Shown here: one piece after another, positions 11,401 through 15,189 of the stretch
Layout: every line of letters begins with the position of its first letter
How positions within the stretch are numbered: position 1 is the stretch's first letter
DNA from: Flavobacteriaceae bacterium
GTDB taxonomy: Bacteria; Bacteroidota; Bacteroidia; Flavobacteriales; Flavobacteriaceae
DNA length: 32,000 bases
Reading direction: 5' to 3'
Assembly: GCA_965224465.1 (NCBI GenBank)
Contig: OZ245049.1
Location: forward strand, 2,250,001 to 2,282,000
Notes under the pieces: generated by a model
What the model saw: the letters and a program-made list of their open reading frames with translations, nothing else
Told to the model about the DNA's origin: nothing
Database searches by the model: none
Made by a program: the position numbers and the translations under genes

Positions 11401-14400
11401 AATACCACAAACATCACCTCAAATGCGAGTGACATTGACGCCATAGAAACTGAACAAACTACTCAAAACACAAACATCGCGGCAAATACAAGTGATATTT
11501 CTGATATAAAAACCGAGCAAACTACTCAGAATACAAATATTGCAGCAAACACTTCTAACATCTCAACAAATACCACAAACATCACCTCAAATGCGAGTGA
11601 CATTTCTGCTATAGAAACTGAACAAACTACTCAAAACACAAACATCGCGGCAAACACAAATGATATTTCTGATATAAAAACCGAGCAAACTACTCAGAAT
11701 ACAAATATTGCAGCAAACACTTCCAACATCTCAACAAACACCACAAACATCACCACAAATGCGAGTGACATTGACGCCATAGAAACTGAGCAAACTACTC
11801 AAAACACAAACATCGCGGCAAACACAAGTGACATTTCTGATATAGAAACCGAGCAAACAACGCAGAACACAAATATTGCAGCAAACACTTCTAACATCTC
11901 AACAAATACAACAAACATCACTACAAACTCAAGTGACATTGACGCCATAGAAACTGAACAAACTACTCAAAACACAAATATTGCAGCAAATACAAGTGAT
12001 ATTTCTGATATAAAAACTGAGCAAACTACTCAGAACACGAACATTGCGGCAAACACTTCCGACATCTCAACAAATACCACAAACATCACCACAAATACGA
12101 GTGACATTGACGCCATAGAAACCGAGCAAACTACTCAGAATACAAATATTGCAGCAAATACAACAAACATCACTACAAACTCAAGTGACATTGACGCCAT
12201 AGAAACTGAACAAACTACTCAAAACACAAACATCGCGGCAAATACAAGTGATATTTCTGATATAAAAACCGAGCAAACTACTCAGAATACAAATATTGCA
12301 GCAAACACTTCTAACATCTCAACAAATACCACAAACATCACTACAAACGCAAGTGATATTACAAATCTAGAAACTGAGCAAACTACTCAAAACACAAATA
12401 TTGCAGCAAATACTTCTAACATCACCACAAATGCGAGTGACATTGATGACATAGAAACTGAGCAAACAACACAGAATACAAATATTGCAACAAATACATC
12501 TAACATCACTACAAACGCAAGTGATATTACTGCTATAGAAACCGAGCAAACTACTCAGAACACGAACATTGCGGCAAACACTTCCGACATCTCAACAAAT
12601 ACCACAAACATCACCACAAATACGAGTGACATTGACGCCATAGAAACTGAGCAAACAACGCAGAACACAAACATTGCTGCAAATACAACAAACATCACTA
12701 CAAACTCAAGTGACATTGATGCCCTACAAACTGAGCAAACTACTCAGAACACGAACATTGCGGCAAACACTTCCGACATCTCAACAAATACCACAAACAT
12801 CACCTCAAATGCGAGTGACATTGACGCCATAGAAACTGAACAAACTACTCAAAACACAAACATCGCGGCAAATACAAGTGATATTTCTGATATAAAAACC
12901 GAGCAAACTACTCAGAATACAAATATTGCAGCAAACACTTCTAACATCTCAACAAATACCACAAACATCACCTCAAATGCGAGTGACATTTCTGCTATAG
13001 AAACTGAACAAACTACTCAAAACACAAACATCGCGGCAAACACAAATGATATTTCTGATATAAAAACCGAGCAAACTACTCAGAATACAAATATTGCAGC
13101 AAACACTTCCAACATCTCAACAAACACCACAAACATCACCACAAATGCGAGTGACATTGACGCCATAGAAACTGAGCAAACTACTCAAAACACAAACATC
13201 GCGGCAAACACAAGTGACATTTCTGATATAGAAACCGAGCAAACAACGCAGAACACAAATATTGCAGCAAACACTTCTAACATCTCAACAAATACCACAA
13301 ACATCACCACAAATGCGAGTGACATTGACGCCATAGAAACTGAACAAACTACTCAAAACACAAACATCGCGGCAAATACAAGTGATATTTCTGATATAAA
13401 AACCGAGCAAACTACTCAGAATACTAATATTGCGGCAAACACTTCTAACATCTCAACAAATACCACAAACATCACCTCAAATGCGAGTGACATTTCTGCT
13501 ATAGAAACTGAACAAACAACGCAGAACGCAAATATTGCAACAAACACTTCCAACATCTCAACAAATACAAGTGACATTACTGCCTTAGAAACTGAGCAAA
13601 CTACGCAGAATACAAATATTGGAACGAATACAGCAGACATTTCGACAAACACGACAAGCATTACAAATCACATAGCCAATGACTTAGATATCGACCCTAC
13701 TAATGAAATTCAAGACATCAGTATAATCGGTAATAATTTAACGATTTCAAATGGTAGCACAGTAACAATACCTACATCAGATGGATCAGAAACAATTATA
13801 CAGGCAGGAAATGCAATAACTACAATAACTGGTAGTGGTACAACAGCCGATCCATATATTGTAACAGCCACACCTGCAACATTAACCGATAATGGAGACG
13901 GAACATATACCTTTGCAAACGGAATTGACACCGATGTAACATTTGCCTTGGTTGCTAACACTCCTGCTCCTATTGTAGGGAATTCAAATACAAAAACAGG
14001 TTGTGAAGCAACAGAACAAGGAGAAACAAGCACCATTACCTTAACTGGAGAAAATTTTACATCTGACACCGTCATAACCATTCCAGGACAAACAATAGAT
14101 TATGTAACAGTAGTAAGTTCTACAGAAATAATAGTAGGAATAACTGCTGGTGGAGTTTCTGGTGATTTTGACGTAACAGCAACAAATACAAATGGTTCTG
14201 GCACATTAACCAATGGATTCCATATTAGAAATCCTTTAGTTACTAATACTATTTCAACGTTAAGCACAGACAACACAATGAATTACAACGGGTCAACGCT
14301 AGTAAAAACAGGCGGTAATGGTTGGAATGGAAACGCAAACTCAACAGCACCTAACGGCTCTTTAGAAACGGCAAAAAACGGAGGCTATTCATTTACTGTA

Positions 14401-14724
14401 AATCAAAATAACAAATGGATGAGTATGGGAATAGATGCGAACCCTTCCTTAGCCCACTCATGGAATACTATAGATTATGGTTTTAGATTTTCCAGTAGTG
14501 GAACATATAGAATTTATGAAAATAATTCGATGAAATTATCAAGTACACCTTATAATGCCAATGATAATTTTGAAATATTAAAAGATTGTAATGGAAACAT
14601 TACGTACTACAGAAATGGTAGTTTAATTTACACTTCCACTAGTACTGCGACAAACGACTTGTTTATTGACACTTGTTTTTACCACCAAAATGCCTCAGTT
14701 TCTAACATAAAACTAACAAAATAA
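2395..14724 (+). CDS. Giant secreted repeat protein (4,109 aa): putative coiled-coil fibre / adhesin-like surface protein
   Basis: Single uninterrupted 12,330-nt ORF in AT-rich DNA, which chance cannot explain. Sec-type signal peptide. Repeat cores differ only by synonymous codons, which supports real translation. The functional call is inferred from architecture only. Confidence 0.9.
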   Translation: MKKELLILFLLFLNTAYSQIKIGNDPEIIDGNSLLELKSKEKVFVLTRINTYQMNLISPLEGAIIYNTDFQCIFQYNGILWENLCDSSSDNQTLNFDPITNILTLENGGTVDLSSFSSTDSQNLTLIENTLILENGGIVDLSKYLDNTDDQYFTDFSVSGTTLTISLENGGTKHVDLSAFEESTEIATNLEKITTNASDITAIETEQTTQNTNIAANASDIDALETEQTTQNTNIAANTSDIDALETEQTTQNTNIAANTSNISTNTTNITTNTSDISAIEIEQTTQNTNIAANASDIDALETEQTTQNTNIAANTTNIATNASDIDVIETEQTTQNTNIAANTTNITTNSSDIDALETEQTTQNTNIAANTTNITTNASDIDAIETVQTTQNTNITTNASDIDALETEQTTQNTNIAANTSNISTNTTNITTNASDIDAIETEQTTQNTNIAANTSNISTNASDITAIETEQTTQNTNIAANTSDISTNTSDISDIEIEQTTQNTNIAANTSDISDIKTEQTTQNTNIAANASDISTNTTNITTNASDISAIETEQTTQNTNIAANTSDIDALETEQTTQNTNIAANTSNISTNTTNITSNASDIDAIETKQTTQNTNIAANTTNITTNASDISDIEIEQTTQNTNIAANTTNITTNTSDISDIETEQTTQNTNIAANTTNITTNSSDIDALETEQTTQNTNIAANISDISTNTTNITSNASDIDAIETEQTTQNTNIAANTSDIDALETEQTTQNTNIAANTSNISTNTTNITSNASDIDAIETEQTTQNTNIAANTTNITTNASDISDIEIEQTTQNTNIAANTTNITTNTSDISDIETEQTTQNTNIAANTSNISTNASDITAIETEQTTQNTNIAANASDISTNTTNITTNASDIDAIETEQTTQNTNIAANTNDISDIKTEQTTQNTNIAANTSNISTNTTNITSNASDIDAIETEQTTQNTNIAANTTNITTNASDISDIEIEQTTQNTNIAANTTNITTNTSDISDIETEQTTQNTNITANTTNITTNSSDIDALETEQTTQNTNIAANTSDISTNTTNITSNASDIDAIETEQTTQNTNIAANTSDIDALETEQTTQNTNIAANTSNISTNTTNITSNASDIDAIETEQTTQNTNIAANTTNITTNASDISDIEIEQTTQNTNIAANTTNITTNTSDISDIETEQTTQNTNIAANTTNITTNSSDIDALETEQTTQNTNIAANTSDISTNTTNITSNASDIDAIETEQTTQNTNIAANTSDIDALETEQTTQNTNIAANTSNISTNTTNITSNASDIDAIETEQTTQNTNIAANTTNITTNASDISDIEIEQTTQNTNIAANTTNITTNTSDISDIETEQTTQNTNIAANTSNISTNASDITAIETEQTTQNTNIAANASDISTNTTNITTNASDIDAIETEQTTQNTNIAANTNDISDIKTEQTTQNTNIAANTSNISTNTTNITSNASDIDAIETEQTTQNTNIAANTSDISTNTTNITTNTSDIDAIETEQTTQNTNIAANTSNITTNASDIDDIETEQTTQNTNIAANTSDISTNTTNITTSASDIDAIETEQTTQNTNIATNTSSISTNTTNITTNASDIDTLETEQTTQNTNIATNTSNITTNTSNIDAIETEQTTQNTNIAANTSNISTNTTNITTNASDISAIETEQTTQNTNIATNASDIDTIETEQTTQNTNIAANTTNITTNASDIDAIETEQTTQNTNIAANTSDISTNTTNITTNSSDIDAIETEQTTQNTNIAANTSNITTNASDISAIETEQTTQNTNIIANTSNISTNTTNITTNASDISDIETEQTTQNTNITANTSNISTNTTNITSNASDIDAIETEQTTQNTNIAANTTNITTNASDISDIEIEQTTQNTNIAANTTNITTNTSDISDIETEQTTQNTNIAANTSNISTNASDITAIETEQTTQNTNIAANASDISTNTTNITTNASDIDAIETEQTTQNTNIAANTNDISDIKTEQTTQNTNIAANTSNISTNTTNITSNASDIDAIETEQTTQNTNIAANTTNITTNASDISDIEIEQTTQNTNIAANTTNITTNTSDISDIETEQTTQNTNIAANTSNISTNASDITAIETEQTTQNTNIAANASDISTNTTNITTNASDIDAIETEQTTQNTNIAANTNDISDIKTEQTTQNTNIAANTSNISTNTTNITSNASDIDAIETEQTTQNTNIAANTTNITTNSSDIDALETEQTTQNTNIAANTSNTSTNTTNITTNASDISAIETEQTTQNTNIATNASDIDTIETEQTTQNTNIATNTSDITAIETEQTTQNTNIAANTTNITTNASDISDIEIEQTTQNTNIAANTTNITTNTSDISDIETEQTTQNTNIAANTSNISTNASDITAIETEQTTQNTNIAANASDISTNTTNITTNASDIDAIETEQTTQNTNIAANTNDISDIKTEQTTQNTNIAANTSNISTNTTNITSNASDIDAIETEQTTQNTNIAANTTNITTNASDISDIEIEQTTQNTNIAANTTNITTNTSDISDIETEQTTQNTNIAANTSNISTNASDITAIETEQTTQNTNIAANASDISTNTTNITTNASDIDAIETEQTTQNTNIAANTNDISDIKTEQTTQNTNIAANTSNITTNTSGITAIETEQTTQNTNIAANTSSISTNTTNITTNTGDIDAIETEQTTQNTNIATNTTNITTNSSDIDAIETEQTTQNTNIAANTSDISDIKTEQTTQNTNIAANTSDISTNTTNITTNTSDIDAIETEQTTQNTNIAANTTNITTNSSDIDAIETEQTTQNTNIAANTSDISDIKTEQTTQNTNIAANTSNISTNTTNITTNASDITNLETEQTTQNTNIAANTSNITTNASDIDDIETEQTTQNTNIATNTSNITTNASDITAIETEQTTQNTNIAANTSDISTNTTNITTNTSDIDAIETEQTTQNTNIAANTTNITTNSSDIDALQTEQTTQNTNIAANTSDISTNTTNITSNASDIDAIETEQTTQNTNIAANTSDISDIKTEQTTQNTNIAANTSNISTNTTNITSNASDISAIETEQTTQNTNIAANTNDISDIKTEQTTQNTNIAANTSNISTNTTNITTNASDIDAIETEQTTQNTNIAANTSDISDIETEQTTQNTNIAANTSNISTNTTNITTNSSDIDAIETEQTTQNTNIAANTSDISDIKTEQTTQNTNIAANTSDISTNTTNITTNTSDIDAIETEQTTQNTNIAANTTNITTNSSDIDAIETEQTTQNTNIAANTSDISDIKTEQTTQNTNIAANTSNISTNTTNITTNASDITNLETEQTTQNTNIAANTSNITTNASDIDDIETEQTTQNTNIATNTSNITTNASDITAIETEQTTQNTNIAANTSDISTNTTNITTNTSDIDAIETEQTTQNTNIAANTTNITTNSSDIDALQTEQTTQNTNIAANTSDISTNTTNITSNASDIDAIETEQTTQNTNIAANTSDISDIKTEQTTQNTNIAANTSNISTNTTNITSNASDISAIETEQTTQNTNIAANTNDISDIKTEQTTQNTNIAANTSNISTNTTNITTNASDIDAIETEQTTQNTNIAANTSDISDIETEQTTQNTNIAANTSNISTNTTNITTNASDIDAIETEQTTQNTNIAANTSDISDIKTEQTTQNTNIAANTSNISTNTTNITSNASDISAIETEQTTQNANIATNTSNISTNTSDITALETEQTTQNTNIGTNTADISTNTTSITNHIANDLDIDPTNEIQDISIIGNNLTISNGSTVTIPTSDGSETIIQAGNAITTITGSGTTADPYIVTATPATLTDNGDGTYTFANGIDTDVTFALVANTPAPIVGNSNTKTGCEATEQGETSTITLTGENFTSDTVITIPGQTIDYVTVVSSTEIIVGITAGGVSGDFDVTATNTNGSGTLTNGFHIRNPLVTNTISTLSTDNTMNYNGSTLVKTGGNGWNGNANSTAPNGSLETAKNGGYSFTVNQNNKWMSMGIDANPSLAHSWNTIDYGFRFSSSGTYRIYENNSMKLSSTPYNANDNFEILKDCNGNITYYRNGSLIYTSTSTATNDLFIDTCFYHQNASVSNIKLTK
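2449..2934 (+). other. N-terminal head: conserved Bacteroidota-type N-domain plus three LENGG modules
   Basis: aa 19-85 (NSLLELKSKEKVFVLTRINTYQMNLISPLEGAIIYNTD...YNGILWENL) resembles, from memory, the N-terminal module seen in many Bacteroidota surface or tail-fiber-like proteins. Three roughly 27-aa modules follow: TLNFDPITNILTLENGGTVDLSSF, NLTLIENTLILENGGIVDLSKYLD and FSVSGTTLTISLENGGTKHVDLSAF. Confidence 0.5.
4113..6850 (+). repeat. 525-bp (175-aa, 6-unit) higher-order repeat zone with a 1575-bp super-period
   Basis: Sequence at 4141 recurs at 4666. Identical antisense-ORF translations recur at 4195/4720/5770/6295 (a variant at 5245), at 4239/5814, and at 4764/6339. The same block types reappear at 7954-8726 and 9319-10091. 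Confidence 0.9.
10515..13295 (+). repeat. Perfect 1,386-bp (462-aa) tandem duplication inside the array
   Basis: Line-by-line comparison of 10518-11400 with 11904-12786 found no mismatch. The 11821-11909 stretch also matches 13207-13295. The copies diverge at about 11910/13296. Identical antisense ORFs at 10981 and 12367 have the same 1,386-bp offset. Confidence 0.9.
13693..13773 (+). other. Fourth LENGG-like module immediately after the repeat array
   Basis: DPTNEIQDISIIGNNLTISNGSTVTIP resembles the three N-terminal modules (xNQTLxF...NxLTLENGGTVDL). It is followed by TLTDNGDGTYTFANGIDTDVTF. Confidence 0.45.
13963..14235 (+). other. IPT/TIG-like Ig-fold domain
   Basis: PAPIVG...GETSTITLTGENFTSDTVITIPGQTIDYVTVVSSTEIIVGITAGGVSGDFDVTATNTNGSGTLTNGFHI follows the P-x-I...G-x-x-(I/L)-T-(I/L)-x-G-x-N-F...V-x-(I/V)-G...S-x-x-x-I-x-V pattern typical of IPT/TIG domains. 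Judged by eye only. Confidence 0.5.
14236..14721 (+). other. C-terminal ~160-aa beta-sandwich / lectin-like (LamG/ConA-like) domain
   Basis: GGNGWNGNANS...GGYSFTVNQNNKWMSMGID...IDYGFRFSSSGTYRIYENNSMKL...DNFEILKDCNGNITYYRNGSLIYTS shows alternating beta-strand-like pattern with aromatic and Gly/Asn turns. No YPNP / KLIK-type T9SS CTD pattern was seen. Confidence 0.4.
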
Positions 14725-14758
14725 ACAATACGTTACAGTTTATCAAAAAATAACACCT

Positions 14759-14911
14759 ATTACAATCCAAAATAACCGATATAAATAATTTATCTTACTT
14801 TATAGCATTGTTAAAAAATAGAACGATAGTTAGTTAAACGATCATTAGATTTTCCGCCTAGCTAAAACAAAAATTAATTCCATTTCTAAACCGTCACTTG
14901 AAAATGTATTT
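14759..14911 (-). repeat. Intergenic repeat family 2, copy 1 (inverted; 3' flank of giant gene)
   Basis: The reverse complement reads aaatacattttcaagtgacggtttagaaatggaatta...gttctattttttaacaatgcta...ttatttatatcggttattttggattgtaat. It matches 27324-27433 and 27514-27611 at both ends, with an extra internal block. Confidence 0.7.
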
Positions 14912-14995
14912 GTATAAGTAGAATAGATGTACAAAAAACACACCAAACAACATACCAATCCCTAACAAAACTGTACATCTTTCCCTTCTAATTAT

Positions 14996-15099
14996 CAATC
15001 AACAACCCTGATCCAAAGGCACGAGGTATACTTCCGAAAGGCTATTTTCTATTTCGAAACAGATCCTCCGTAAATTAAACCACCCATAAGGGATTAAAA
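14996..15099 (+). repeat. Intergenic repeat family 1, copy B (downstream of giant gene)
   Basis: The core 15018-15099 is 62/82 identical to 1743-1824, gap-free and in the same orientation. Confidence 0.7.
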
Positions 15100-15130
15100 T
15101 CAATACTATAACTATCATTCTTTTTTATCA

Positions 15131-15175
15131 AAACAAAAAAAAACTGTCTCAAAAAAATGAAACAGTTTTTTATTA
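15131..15175. terminator. Bidirectional intrinsic terminator between giant gene region and ctaD
   Basis: Stem aaactgt-tc (15141-15150) / ga-acagttt (15159-15168) with one mismatch. It is flanked by an A-run upstream and a T-run downstream, so it reads as hairpin plus U-tract on both strands. It lies 15-50 nt past the ctaD stop. Confidence 0.55.
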
Positions 15176-15189
15176 AAAATATTTTAAAC

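Larger units (their letters stand above)
2941..13690 (+). repeat. In-frame tandem repeat array (about 10.75 kb, about 3,580 aa) of 63/84/105-nt units built on a 21-nt (heptad) base period
   Basis: Units have the form ETEQTTQNTNI(A/T)(A/T)N + 1-3 x (N/S/T-x-x-(N/D)-I-x-x) and are 21, 28 or 35 aa long. There are roughly 120 units, estimated from 6 units per 175 aa; they were not counted individually. Confidence 0.95.

Noticed and set aside
2757-13661. About 35 antisense ORFs of 60-118 aa inside the giant gene, with hydrophobic Cys/Val/Phe-rich translations such as MLGFYIRNVTCVCSDVCC... and MSLEFVVMFVVFAAMFVF...
   Set aside because: They are reverse-complement shadows of a stop-poor, A/C-rich repeat and recur with the same 525/1386-bp periodicity. 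They overlap one another in two frames and have low-complexity translations. The sense strand holds one 12.3-kb ORF with synonymous-only variation.
2941-13690. CRISPR array or non-coding minisatellite, suggested by regularly spaced 63-105-bp repeats
   Set aside because: There are no unique spacers. The period is a multiple of 3 and of 21 and sits in frame within a single ORF. There are no cas genes or leader sequence. The variation pattern is synonymous.
2941-13690. Ice-nucleation or antifreeze-type Thr/Asn-rich repeat protein
   Set aside because: The periodicity is strictly 7 residues with Ile/Asn at a/d-like positions. It is not the 16-residue INP or 12-15-residue beta-helical TxT/TxN ladder pattern. 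No Gly/Tyr-rich INP consensus is present.
13710-14081. 123-aa antisense ORF over the post-array region of the giant gene
   Set aside because: It overlaps the in-frame continuation of the 4,109-aa ORF, which carries IPT-like motifs. No independent support exists.
2395-14724. Prophage tail-fibre gene, since NTxNIxxN heptads and the N-terminal module recall proteins annotated as tail-fiber-domain proteins
   Set aside because: No phage structural, integrase, terminase or lysis genes lie anywhere in the window. The gene has a Sec signal peptide and sits between housekeeping genes. No C-terminal intramolecular-chaperone (S74-like) pattern was seen.
14482-14724. T9SS C-terminal sorting domain, since the ...NIKLTK ending is superficially like the K-x-x-K end of type A CTDs
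   Set aside because: The last ~80 aa lack the other hallmarks I know (a YPNP-like first strand and the G-x-Y penultimate strand). They read as the continuation of a larger ~160-aa lectin-like domain. This needs HMM confirmation (see findings).
1743-15099. attL/attR of a recently integrated island carrying the giant gene
   Set aside because: The two 82-nt copies are only about 76% identical. There is no integrase, tRNA or excisionase gene nearby. Related motif fragments also occur elsewhere (1438-1456 and 27261-27323).
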